From: Squalus acanthias
Lineage: Eukaryota
Direction of reading: 5' to 3'
Length of the DNA stretch: 64,000 nucleotides
Assembly (NCBI GenBank): GCA_030390025.1
Contig: CM059432.1
Span: 50,780,001 to 50,844,000, forward strand
Each line of letters begins with the position of its first letter. The first letter of the stretch is position 1. The notes below the pieces were generated by a model. That model was given only the letters and a program-made list of their open reading frames with translations. It made no database searches and was not told where the DNA came from. The translations under genes and the position numbers were made by a program. Shown piece by piece: positions 22,901 through 37,900 of the stretch.

Positions 22901-25900
22901 GAAGCATGGTGCACGCGACACAAAAAGCTTGGTGCACTTGATACAAGTAGCATGGTGTATGTGACACAAGTAGCATGGTGTACGTGACACAAGTAGCATG
23001 GTGTACGTGACACAAGAAGCATGGTTAACGTGACACAAGTAGCATGGCATACGTGACACAAGTAGCATGGTGCATGTGGCACAAGAAGCATGTTGCACGT
23101 GACACAAGAAGCATGTTGCACGTGACACAAGAAGCATGGTGCACGTGACACAAGAAGCATGGTGCAAGTCACACAAGAAGCATGTTGTACGTGACATAAG
23201 CAACATGGTGCCCGTGACACAAGAAGCATGGTGCAAGTCACACAAGTAGCATGGACCACGTGACAGTAGTAACATGGTGCCCGTGACACAAGAAGCATGG
23301 TGTACGTGACACAAGTAGCATGACGTACGTGACACAAGTAGCATGGTGTACATGACACAAGTAGCATGGTGCACATGACACAAGTAGCATGGAGCACATG
23401 ACACAGGTAGCATGGTGCACGTGACACAAGTAGCATGGTGCACATGACACAAGAAGCATGGTGCACGTGGCACAAGAAGCATGTTGCACGTGACACAAGA
23501 AGCATGGTGCATGTGGCACAAGAAGCATGGTGCACGTGACACAGGTAGCATGGAGCATGTGACACTAGTAGCATAGTGCACGCGACACAAGTAGCATGGG
23601 GAACATGACACAAGAAGCATGGTGCACGTGACACAAGTAGCATGGTGCATGTGACACAAGTAGCATGGAGCACGTGACACAAGAAGCATGGTGCACGTGA
23701 CACAAGTAGCATGGTGCACATGACACAAGAAGCATGGTGCAAGTCACACAAGAAGCATGGGGCACGTGACACAAGTAGCATGGTGCACATGACACAAGTA
23801 GCATGACGTACGTGACACAAGAAGCATGGTGCACATGACACAAGAAGCATGGTGCACATCACACAAGAAGCATGGTGCACATGACACAAGAAGCATGGTG
23901 CACGTGGCACAAGAAGCATGGATGTACGTGACACAAGTAGCATTTTGCACGTGACACAAGAATCATGGTGCATGCGACACAAGAAACATGGCGCACGTGA
24001 CACAAGAAACATGGCACACGTGACACAAGTAGCATGGTGCACGTGACACAAGTAGCATGGTGCACGTGACACAAGTAGCATGGTGCACGTGGCACAAGAA
24101 GCATGTTGCACGTGACACAAGAAGCATGGTGCATGTGGCACAAGTAGCATGGAGCATGTGACACGAGTAGCATGGTGCACGCGACACAAGAAACATGGCG
24201 CACATGACACAAGAAGCATGGTGCACGTGACACAAGTAGCATGGTGCACGTGACACAAGTAGCATGGTGCACGTGGCACAAGAAGCATGGATGTACGTGA
24301 CACAAGTAGCATTTTGCATGTGATACAAGAAACATGGTGCACGTGACACAAGAAGCATCGTGTAAGTAACACAAGAAGCATGGTGCATGTGACACCAGAA
24401 GCATTTTGCATGTGACACAAGTAGCATGGTGCATGTGACACAAGTAGCATAGTGTACGTGACTCAAGTAGCATGGTGTACGTGACACAAGTAGCATGGTG
24501 TACGTGACACAAGTAGCATGGTGTACGTGACAAAAGTAACATGGTGCACATGACACAAGTAGCATGGTGTACGTGACACAAGTAGCATGGTGTACGTGAC
24601 ACAAGTAGCATGGTGTACGTGACACAAGTAGCATGGTGTACGTGACACAAGTAGCATGGTGTACGTGACACAAGTAGCATGGTGTATGTGACAAAAGTAA
24701 CATGGTGCACATGACACAAGTAGCATGGTGTACGTGACACAAGTAGCATGGTGTAGGTGACACAAGTAGCATGGTACACGTGACACAAATAGCATGGTGC
24801 ACGTGGCACAAGAAGCATGGTGCACCTGACACAAATAGCATGGTGCACGTGACAGAAGAAGCATGGTGCACCTGACACAAGTAGCATGGTGAACGTGGCA
24901 CAAGAAGCATTTTGCACATGACACAAGAAGCATGGCGCACGTGACACAAGTAGCATGGCATGCGTGACACAAGTATCATGGTGTATGTGACACAAGTAGC
25001 ATGGTGTATGTGACACAAGTAGCATGGTGCACGTGACACAAGTAGCATGGTGCACGTGACACAAGTAGCATGGTGCACGTGACACAAGAAACATGATGTA
25101 CGTGACACAATTAGCATTTTGCACGTGGCAAAAGAAGCATGGTGCACATGACACAAGAAGCATGGTGCAAGTGACACAAGAAACATGGCACACGTGACAC
25201 AAGTAGCATGGTGCACGTGGCACAAGAAGCATGTTGCACGTGACACAAGAAGCATGGTGCACGTGACACAAGAAGCATGGTGCAAGTCACACAAGAAGCA
25301 TGTTGCACGTGACATAAGCAACATGGTGCCCATGACACAAGAAACATGGTGCAAGTCACACAAGAAGCATGGAGCACGTGACAGTAGTAACATGGTGCCC
25401 GTGACACAAGAAGCATGGTGTACGTGACACAAGTGGCATGACATACGTGACACAAGTAACATGGTGTACGTGACTCAAGTAACATGATGTACGTGACACA
25501 AGTACCATGGTGTACATGACACAAGTAGCATGGTGCACATGACACAAGTAGCATGGAGCACATGACACAGGTAGCATGGTGCACGTGACACAAGTAGCAT
25601 AGTGCACATGACACAAGAAGCATGGTGCACGTGGCACAAGAAGCATGTTGCACGTGACACAAGAAGCATGGTGCATGTGGCACAAGAAGCATGGTGCATG
25701 TGACACAGGTAGCATGGAGCATGTGACACTAGTAGCATGGTGCACGCGACACAAGTAGCATGGTGCATGTGACACAAGAAGCATGGTGCAAGTCACACAA
25801 GAAGCGTGGTGCACGTGACACAAGTAGCATGGTGTACGTGACACAAGTAGCATGATGTACGTGACACAAGTAACATGGTGTACGTGACTCAAGTAACATG

Positions 25901-28900
25901 ATGTACGTGACACAAGTAACATGGTGTACGTGACTCAAGTAACATGATGTACGTGACACAATTAGCATTTTGCACGTGACACAAGAAGCATGGTGCACGT
26001 GACACAAGTAGCATGGTGTATGTTACACAAGAAACATGGCTCACATGACACAAGAAGCATGGTGCACGTGACACAAGAAGCATGGTGCACATGACACAAG
26101 AAACATGGTGCCCGTGACACAAGAAGCATGGTGCACGTGACACAAGTAGCATGACGTACGTGACACAAGTAACATGGTGTACGTGACTCAAGTAACGTGA
26201 TGTACGTGACACAATTAGCATTTTGCACGTGACACAAGAAACATGGCTCACATGACACAAGAAGCATGGTGCACGTGACACAAGAAGCATGGTGCACATG
26301 ACACAAGAAACATGGTGCACGTGGCACAAGAAGCATGGATGTACGTGACACAGGTAGCATTTTGCACGTGACACAAGAAGCATGGTGCACGTGGCACAAG
26401 AAGCATGTTGCACGTGACACAAGCAGCATGGTGCATGTGGCACAAGAAGCATGGTGCACGTGACACAACAAGCATGGTGCATGTGACACAAGTAGCTTGG
26501 TGCACGTGGCACAACAAGCATGGTGCATATGACACAAGAAACATGGCGCACGTGACACAAGTAGCATGGTGCACGTGGCACAAGAAGCATGTTGCACGTG
26601 ACACAAGAAGCATGTTGCACGTGACACAAGAAGCATGGTGCACATGACACAAGAAGCATGGTGCACGTGGCACAAGAAGCATGTTGCACGTGACACAAGA
26701 AGCATGTTGCACGTGACACAAGAAGCATGGTGCACATGACACAAGAAGCATGTTGCACGTGACACAAGTAGCATGGTGCACGTGGCACAAGAAGCATGTT
26801 GCACGTGACGCAAGAAGCATGTTGCACGTGACACAAGAAACATGGTGCACGTGACACAAGAAGCATGGTGCAAGTCACACAAGAAACATGTTGCACGTGA
26901 CATAAGCAACATGGTGCCCGTGACACAAGAAGCATGGTGCAAGTCACACAAGAAGCATGGAGCACGTGACAGTAGTAACATGGTGCCCGTGACACAAGAA
27001 GCATGGTGTACGTGACACAAGTAGCATGACGTACGTGACACAAGTAACATGGTGTACGTGACTCAAGTAACATGGTGCACGTGACACAATTAGCATTTTG
27101 CACGTGACACAAGAAGCATGGTGCACGTGACACAAGTAGCATGGTGTATGTGACACAAGAAACATGGCTCACATGACACAAGAAGCATGGTGCACGTGAC
27201 ACAAGAAGCATGGTGCACATGACACAAGAAACATGGTGCCCGTGACACAAGAAGCATGGTGCACGTGACACAAGTAGCATGACGTACGTGACACAAGTAA
27301 CATGGTGTACGTGACTCAAGTAACATGATGTACGTGACACAATTAGCATTTTGCACGTGACACAAGAAGCATGGTGCACGTGACACAAGTAGCATGGTGT
27401 ATGTGACACAAGAAAAATGGCTCACATGACACAAGAAGCATGGTGCACGTGACACAAGAAGCATCGTGCACATGACACAAGAAACATGGTGCACGTGGCA
27501 CAAGAAGCATGGATGTACGTGACACAAGTAGCATTTTGCACGTGACACAAGAAGCATGGTGCACGTGGCACAAGAAGCATGTTGCACGTGACACAAGCAG
27601 CATGGTGCATGTGGCACAAGAAGCATGGTGCACGTGACACAACAAGCATGGTGCATGTGACACAAGTATCATGGTGCACGTGGCACAACAAGCATGGTGC
27701 ATATGACACAAGAAACATGGCGCACGTGACACAAGTAGCATGGTGCACGTGGCACAAGAAGCATGTTGCACGTGACACAAGAAGCATGTTGCACGTGACA
27801 CAAGAAGCATGTTGCACGTGACACAAGAAGCATGGTGCACATGACACAAGAAGCATGGTGCACGTGGCACAAGAAGCATGTTGCACGTGACACAAGAAGC
27901 ATGTTGCACGTGACACAAGAAGCATGGTGCACATGACACAAGAAGCATGTTGCACGTGACACAAGTAGCATGGTGCACGTGGCACAAGAAGCATGTTGCA
28001 CGTGATGCAAGAAGCATGTTGCACGTGACACAAGAAACATGGTGCACGTGACACAAGAAGCATGGTGCAAGTCACACAAGAAACATGTTGCACGTGACAT
28101 AAGCAACATGGTGCCCGTGACACAAGAAGCATGGTGCAAGTCACACAAGAAGCATGGAGCACGTGACAGTAGTAACATGGTGCCCGTGACACAAGAAGCA
28201 TGGTGTACGTGACACAAGAAGCATGGTGTACGTGACACAAGTAGCATGACGTACGTGACACAAGTAACATGGTGTACGTGACTCAAGTAACATGGTGTAC
28301 GTGACTCAAGTAACATGATGTACATGACACAAGTAGCATGGTGCACATGACACAAGTAGCATGGAGCACATGACACAGGTAGCATGGTGCACGTGACACA
28401 AGTAGCATGGTGTACGTGACACAAGTAGCATGGTGCACATGACACAAGAAGCATGGTGCACGTGGCACAAGAAGCATGTTGCACGTGACACAAGAAGCAT
28501 GGTGCATGTGGCACAAGAAGCATGGTGCACGTGACACAGGTAGAATGGAGCATGTGACACTAGTAGCATGGTGCACATGACACAAGAAGCATGGTGCACG
28601 TGACACAAATAGCATGGTGCACATGACACAAGAAGCATGGTGCACGTGACACAAGTAGCATGGTGCACGTGACACAAGTAGCATGGAGCACGTGACACAA
28701 GAAGCTTGGTGCACGTGACACAAGTAGCATGGTGAACATAATACAAGAAGCATGGTGCAAGTCATACAAGAAGCATGGAGCACGTGACAGTAGTAACATG
28801 GTGCCCGTGACACAAGAAGCATGGTGTACGTGACACAAGTAGCATGACGTACGTGACACGAGTAACATGGTGTACATGACACAAGTAGCATGGTGCATGT

Positions 28901-31900
28901 GACACAGGAAGCATGGTGCACGTGACACAAGAAGCATGGTGCACATGACACAAGAAGCATGGCGCACATGACACAAGTAGCATGGAGCACGTGACACAAG
29001 TAACATGGTGCACGTGACACAAGAAGCATGGTGCACATGACACAAGAAGCATGGTGCACGTGACACAAGAAGCATGGTGCACATGACACAGGTAACATGG
29101 TGCACGTGACACAAGAAGCATGGTGTACGTGACACAAGTAGCATGACGTACGTGACACAAGTAACATGGTGTACGTGACTCAAGTAACATGATGTACGTG
29201 ACACAAGTAGCATGGTGTACATGACACAAGTAGCATGGTGCACATGACACAAGTAGCATGGAGCACATGACATAGGTAGCATGGTGCACGTGACACAAGT
29301 AGCATGGTGCACATGACACAGGTAGCATGGTGCACGTGACACAAGTAGCATGGTGCACATGACACAAGAAGCATGGTGCATGTGGCACAAGAAGCATGGT
29401 GCACGTGACACAGGTAGCATGGAGCATGTGTCACTAGTAGCATGGTGCACGCGACACAAGAAGCATGGTGCACGTGACACAAATAGCGGTGCACATGACA
29501 CAAGAAGCATGGTGCACGTGACACAAGTAGCATGGTGCATGCGACACAAGTAGCATGGAGCACGTGACACAAGTAACATGGTGCACGTGACACAAGAAGC
29601 ATGGTGCACATGACACAAGAAGCATGGTGCACGTGACACAAGTAGCATGGTGCACGTGACACAAGTAACATGGTGCACGTGACACAAGAAGCATGGTGCA
29701 CATGACACAAGAAGCATGGTGCACGTGACACAAGAAGCATGGTGCACATGACACAGGCAACATGGTGCACGTGACACAAGAAGCATGGTGCACGTGGCAC
29801 AAGAAGCATGGATGTACGTGACAAAAGTAGCATTTTGCACGTGACACAAGAAGCATGGTGCATGCGACACAAGAAACATGGCTCACATGACACAAGAAGC
29901 ATGGTACACATGACACAAGAAGCATGGTGCACGTGACACAGGTAGCATGGAGCATGTGACACTAGTAGCATGGTGCACACGACACAAGAAGCATGGTGCA
30001 CGTGACACAAATAGCATGGTGCACATGACACTAGAAGCATGGTGCACGTGACACAAGTAGCATGGTGCACGTGACACAAGTAACATGGAGCACATGACAC
30101 AAGAAGCGTGGTGCACGTGACACAAGTAGCATGGTGAACATGACACAAGAAGCATGGTGCAAGTCACACAAGAAGCATGGAGCACGTGACAGTAGTAACA
30201 TGGTGCCCGTGACACAAGAAGCATGGTGTACGTGACACAAGTAGCATGACGTACGTGACACAAGTAACATGGTGTACATGACTCAAGTAACATGATGTAC
30301 ATGACACAAGTAGCATGGTGCATGTGACACAGGAAGCATGGTGCACGTGACACAAGTAGCATGGAGCACGTAACACAAGTAACATGGTGCACGTGACACA
30401 AGAAGCATGGCGCACGTGACACAAGTAGCATGGAGCACGTGACACAAGTAACATGGAGCACGTGACACAAGTAGCATGACGTACGTGACACAAGTAGCAT
30501 GGTGTACATGACACAAGTAGCATGGTGCACATGACACAAGTAGCATGGAGCACATGACACAGGTAGCATGGTGCACGTGACACAAGTAGCATGGTGTACG
30601 TGGCACAAGAAGCATGTTGCACGTGACACAAGAAGCATGGTGCATGTGGCACAAGAAGCATGGTGCACGTGACACAAGTAGCATGGTGTATGTGACACAA
30701 GTAGTATGTTGCACGTGACATAAGAATCATGGTGCACGTGACACAAGAAGCACGGTGCACATGACACAAGAAGCATGGTGCACGTGACACAAGAATCATG
30801 GTGCACGTGTCACAAGAAGCATGGTGCACGTGGTACAAGAAGCATGGTGTAGGTGACACAAGTAGCATGGTGCAAGTGACACAAGAAGCATGGTGCACGT
30901 GACATAATAAGCATGGTGTAAGTAACACAAGAAGCATGGTGTACGTGACACAAGAATCATGGTGCATATGACACCAGAAGCATTATGCATGTGACACAAG
31001 TAGCATGGAGCACGCGACACAAGAAGCAAGGTGCACATGACACAAGAAGCATGGTGCACGTGACAGAAGAAGCATGGTGCACGCGACACAAAAAGCTTGG
31101 TGCACTTGATACAAGTGGCATGGTGTATGTGACACAAGTAGCATGGTGTACGTGACAGAAGTAGCATGGTGTACGTGACACAAGAAGCATGGTTAACGTG
31201 ACACAAGTAGCATGGCATACGTGACACAAGTAGCATGGTGCAGGTGACACAAGTAGCATGGTGCACGTGACACAAGTAGCATGGTGTACGTGACACAAGT
31301 AGCATGGTGTACGTGACACAAGTAGCATGGTGTATGTGACACAATAGCATGGTGCACGTGGCACAAGAAGCATGGTGCACGTGGCACAAGTAGCATGGTG
31401 CATGTGGCACAAGAAGCATGTTGCACGTGACACAAGAAGCATGTTGCACGTGACACAAGAAGCATGGTGCACGTGACACAAGAAGCATGGTGCAAGTCAC
31501 ACAAGAAGCATGTTGTACGTGACATAAGCAACATGGTGCCCATGACACAAGAAGCATGGTGCAAGTCACACAAGTAGCATGGAGCACGTGACAGTAGTAA
31601 CATGGTGCTCGTGACACAAGAAGCATGGTGTACGTGACACAAGTAGCATGACGTACGTGACACAAGTAGCATGGTGTACATGACACAAGTAGCATGGTGC
31701 ACATGACACAAGTAGCATGGAGCACATGACACAGGTAGCATGGTGCACGTGACACAAGTAGCATGGTGTACGTGGCACAAGAAGCATGTTGCACGTGACA
31801 CAAGAAGCATGGTGCATGTGGCACAAGAAGCATGGTGCACGTGACACAAGTAGCATGGTGTATGTGACACAAGTAGTATGTTGCACGTGACATAAGAATC

Positions 31901-34900
31901 ATGGTGCACGTGACACAAGAAGCACGGTGCACATGACACAAGAAGCATGGTGCACGTGACACAAGAATCATGGTGCACGTGTCACAAGAAGCATGGTGCA
32001 CGTGGTACAAGAAGCATGGTGTAGGTGACACAAGTAGCATGGTGCAAGTGACACAAGAAGCATGGTGCACGTGACATAATAAGCATGGTGTAAGTAACAC
32101 AAGAAGCATGGTGTACGTGACACAAGAATCATGGTGCATATGACACCAGAAGCATTATGCATGTGACACAAGTAGCATGGAGCACGCGACACAAGAAGCA
32201 AGGTGCACATGACACAAGAAGCATTTTGCACATGACACAAGAAGCATGGTGCACGTGACACAAGTAGCATGGCATGCATGACACAAGTATCATGGTGTAT
32301 GTGACACAAGTAGCATGGTGTATGTGACACAAGTAACATGGTGTACGTGACACAAGTAGCATGGTGCACGTGACACAAGTAGCATGGTGCACGTGACACA
32401 AGAAGCATGGTGCACGTGACAGAAGAAGCATGGTGCACGCGACACAAAAAGCTTGGTGCACTTGATACAAATAGCATGGTGTATGTGACACAAGTAGCAT
32501 GGTGTACGTGACAGAAGTAGCATGGTGTACGTGACACAAGAAGCATGGTTAACGTGACACAAGTAGCATGGCATACGTGACACAAGTAGCATGGTGCAGG
32601 TGACACAAGTAGCATGGTGCACGTGACACAAGTAGCATGGTGTACGTGACACAAGTAGCATGGTGTACGTGACACAAGTAGCATGGTGTATGTGACACAA
32701 TAGCATGGTGCACGTGGCACAAGAAGCATGGTGCACGTGGCACAAGTAGCATGGTGCATGTGGCACAAGAAGCATGTTGCACGTGACACAAGAAGCATGT
32801 TGCACGTGACACAAGAAGCATGGTGCACGTGACACAAGAAGCATGGTGCAAGTCACACAAGAAGCATGTTGTACGTGACATAAGCAACATGGTACCCGTG
32901 ACACAAGAAGCATGGTGCAAGTCACACAAGTAGCATGGAGCACGTGACAGTAGTAACATGGTGCCCGTGACACAAGAAGCATGGTGTACGTGACACAAGA
33001 AGCATCGTGTACGTGACACAAGTAGCATGGTGACATGACACAAGTAGCATGGTGCACTGTGACACAAGTAGCATGGTGCATGTGACACAAGTAGCATAGT
33101 GTACGTGACTCAAGTAGCATGGTGTACGTGACACAAGTAGCATGGTGTACGTGACACAAGTAGCATGGTGTACGTGACACAAGTAGCATGGTGCACGTGG
33201 CACAAGAAGCATGGTGCACCTGACACAACTAGCATGGTGCACGTGGCAGAAGAAGCATGGTGCACCTGACACAAGTAGCATGGTGCATGTGACACAAGAA
33301 GCATGGTGCACCTGACACAAGTAGCCTGGTGAACGTGGCACAAGAAGCATGGTGCACGTGACACAAGTAGCATGGTGTATGTGACACAAGTAGTATGTTG
33401 CACGTGACATAAGAATCATGGTGCACGTGACACAAGAAGCACGGTGCACATGACACAAGAAGCATGGTGCACGTGACACAAGAATCATGGTGCACGTGTC
33501 ACAAGAAGCATGGTGCACGTGACACAAGTAGCATGGTGCAAGTGACACAAGAAGCATGGTGCACGTGACATAATAAGCATGGTGTAAGTAACACAAGAAG
33601 CATGGTGTACGTGACACAAGAATCATGGTGCATATGACACCAGAAGCATTATGCATGTGACACAAGTGGCATGGAGCACGCGACACAAGAAGCAAGGTGC
33701 ACATGACACAAGAAGCATTTTGCACATGACACAAGAAGCATGGTGCACGTGACACAAGTAGCATGGCATGCATGACACAAGTATCATGGTGTATGTGACA
33801 CAAGTATCATGGTGTATGTGACACAAGTAGCATGGTGTATGTGACACAAGTAACATGGTGTACGTGACACAAGTAGCATGGTGCACGTGACACAAGTAGC
33901 ATGGTGCACGTGACACAAGAAGCATGGTGCACGTGACAGAAGAAGCATGGTGCACGCGACACAAAAAGCTTGGTGCACTTGATACAAGTAGCATGGTGTA
34001 TGTGACACAAGTAGCATGGTGTACGTGACACAAGTAGCATGGTGTACGTGACACAAGAAGCATGGTTAACGTGACACAAGTAGCATGGCATACGTGACAC
34101 AAGTAGCATGGTGCATGTGGCACAAGAAGCATGTTGCACGTGACACAAGAAGCATGTTGCACGTGACACAAGAAGCATGGTGCACGTGACACAAGAAGCA
34201 TGGTGCAAGTCACACAAGAAGCATGTTGTACGTGACATAAGCAACATGGTGCCCGTGACACAAGAAGCATGGTGCAAGTCACACAAGTAGCATGGACCAC
34301 GTGACAGTAGTAACATGGTGCCCGTGACACAAGAAGCATGGTGTACGTGACACAAGTAGCATGACGTACGTGACACAAGTAGCATGGTGTACATGACACA
34401 AGTAGCATGGTGCACATGACACAAGTAGCATGGAGCACATGACACAGGTAGCATGGTGCACGTGACACAAGTAGCATGGTGCACATGACACAAGAAGCAT
34501 GGTGCACGTGGCACAAGAAGCATGTTGCACGTGACACAAGAAGCATGGTGCATGTGGCACAAGAAGCATGGTGCACGTGACACAGGTAGCATGGAGCATG
34601 TGACACTAGTAGCATAGTGCACGCGACACAAGTAGCATGGGGAACATGACACAAGAAGCATGGTGCACGTGACACAAGTAGCATGGTGCATGTGACACAA
34701 GTAGCATGGAGCACGTGACACAAGAAGCATGGTGCACGTGACACAAGTAGCATGGTGCACATGACACAAGAAGCATGGTGCAAGTCACACAAGAAGCATG
34801 GGGCACGTGACACAAGTAGCATGGTGCACATGACACAAGTAGCATGACGTACGTGACACAAGAAGCATGGTGCACATGACACAAGAAGCATGGTGCACAT

Positions 34901-37900
34901 CACACAAGAAGCATGGTGCACATGACACAAGAAGCATGGTGCACGTGGCACAAGAAGCATGGATGTACGTGACACAAGTAGCATTTTGCACGTGACACAA
35001 GAATCATGGTGCATGCGACACAAGAAACATGGCGCACGTGACACAAGAAACATGGCACACGTGACACAAGTAGCATGGTGCACGTGACACAAGTAGCATG
35101 GTGCACGTGACACAAGTAGCATGGTGCACGTGGCACAAGAAGCATGTTGCACGTGACACAAGAAGCATGGTGCATGTGGCACAAGTAGCATGGAGCATGT
35201 GACACGAGTAGCATGGTGCACGCGACACAAGAAACATGGCGCACATGACACAAGAAGCATGGTGCACGTGACACAAGTAGCATGGTGCACGTGACACAAG
35301 TAGCATGGTGCACGTGGCACAAGAAGCATGGATGTACGTGACACAAGTAGCATTTTGCATGTGATACAAGAAACATGGTGCACGTGACACAAGAAGCATC
35401 GTGTAAGTAACACAAGAAGCATGGTGCATGTGACACCAGAAGCATTTTGCATGTGACACAAGTAGCATGGTGCATGTGACACAAGTAGCATAGTGTACGT
35501 GACTCAAGTAGCATGGTGTACGTGACACAAGTAGCATGGTGTACGTGACACAAGTAGCATGGTGTACGTGACAAAAGTAACATGGTGCACATGACACAAG
35601 TAGCATGGTGTACGTGACACAAGTAGCATGGTGTACGTGACACAAGTAGCATGGTGTACGTGACACAAGTAGCATGGTGTACGTGACACAAGTAGCATGG
35701 TGTACGTGACACAAGTAGCATGGTGTATGTGACAAAAGTAACATGGTGCACATGACACAAGTAGCATGGTGTACGTGACACAAGTAGCATGGTGTAGGTG
35801 ACACAAGTAGCATGGTACACGTGACACAAATAGCATGGTGCACGTGGCACAAGAAGCATGGTGCACCTGACACAAATAGCATGGTGCACGTGACAGAAGA
35901 AGCATGGTGCACCTGACACAAGTAGCATGGTGAACGTGGCACAAGAAGCATTTTGCACATGACACAAGAAGCATGGCGCACGTGACACAAGTAGCATGGC
36001 ATGCGTGACACAAGTATCATGGTGTATGTGACACAAGTAGCATGGTGTATGTGACACAAGTAGCATGGTGCACGTGACACAAGTAGCATGGTGCACGTGA
36101 CACAAGTAGCATGGTGCACGTGACACAAGAAACATGATGTACGTGACACAATTAGCATTTTGCACGTGGCAAAAGAAGCATGGTGCACATGACACAAGAA
36201 GCATGGTGCAAGTGACACAAGAAACATGGCACACGTGACACAAGTAGCATGGTGCACGTGGCACAAGAAGCATGTTGCACGTGACACAAGAAGCATGGTG
36301 CACGTGACACAAGAAGCATGGTGCAAGTCACACAAGAAGCATGTTGCACGTGACATAAGCAACATGGTGCCCATGACACAAGAAACATGGTGCAAGTCAC
36401 ACAAGAAGCATGGAGCACGTGACAGTAGTAACATGGTGCCCGTGACACAAGAAGCATGGTGTACGTGACACAAGTGGCATGACATACGTGACACAAGTAA
36501 CATGGTGTACGTGACTCAAGTAACATGATGTACGTGACACAAGTACCATGGTGTACATGACACAAGTAGCATGGTGCACATGACACAAGTAGCATGGAGC
36601 ACATGACACAGGTAGCATGGTGCACGTGACACAAGTAGCATAGTGCACATGACACAAGAAGCATGGTGCACGTGGCACAAGAAGCATGTTGCACGTGACA
36701 CAAGAAGCATGGTGCATGTGGCACAAGAAGCATGGTGCATGTGACACAGGTAGCATGGAGCATGTGACACTAGTAGCATGGTGCACGCGACACAAGTAGC
36801 ATGGTGCATGTGACACAAGAAGCATGGTGCAAGTCACACAAGAAGCGTGGTGCACGTGACACAAGTAGCATGGTGTACGTGACACAAGTAGCATGATGTA
36901 CGTGACACAAGTAACATGGTGTACGTGACTCAAGTAACATGATGTACGTGACACAAGTAACATGGTGTACGTGACTCAAGTAACATGATGTACGTGACAC
37001 AATTAGCATTTTGCACGTGACACAAGAAGCATGGTGCACGTGACACAAGTAGCATGGTGTATGTTACACAAGAAACATGGCTCACATGACACAAGAAGCA
37101 TGGTGCACGTGACACAAGAAGCATGGTGCACATGACACAAGAAACATGGTGCCCGTGACACAAGAAGCATGGTGCACGTGACACAAGTAGCATGACGTAC
37201 GTGACACAAGTAACATGGTGTACGTGACTCAAGTAACGTGATGTACGTGACACAATTAGCATTTTGCACGTGACACAAGAAACATGGCTCACATGACACA
37301 AGAAGCATGGTGCACGTGACACAAGAAGCATGGTGCACATGACACAAGAAACATGGTGCACGTGGCACAAGAAGCATGGATGTACGTGACACAGGTAGCA
37401 TTTTGCACGTGACACAAGAAGCATGGTGCACGTGGCACAAGAAGCATGTTGCACGTGACACAAGCAGCATGGTGCATGTGGCACAAGAAGCATGGTGCAC
37501 GTGACACAACAAGCATGGTGCATGTGACACAAGTAGCTTGGTGCACGTGGCACAACAAGCATGGTGCATATGACACAAGAAACATGGCGCACGTGACACA
37601 AGTAGCATGGTGCACGTGGCACAAGAAGCATGTTGCACGTGACACAAGAAGCATGTTGCACGTGACACAAGAAGCATGGTGCACATGACACAAGAAGCAT
37701 GGTGCACGTGGCACAAGAAGCATGTTGCACGTGACACAAGAAGCATGTTGCACGTGACACAAGAAGCATGGTGCACATGACACAAGAAGCATGTTGCACG
37801 TGACACAAGTAGCATGGTGCACGTGGCACAAGAAGCATGTTGCACGTGACGCAAGAAGCATGTTGCACGTGACACAAGAAACATGGTGCACGTGACACAA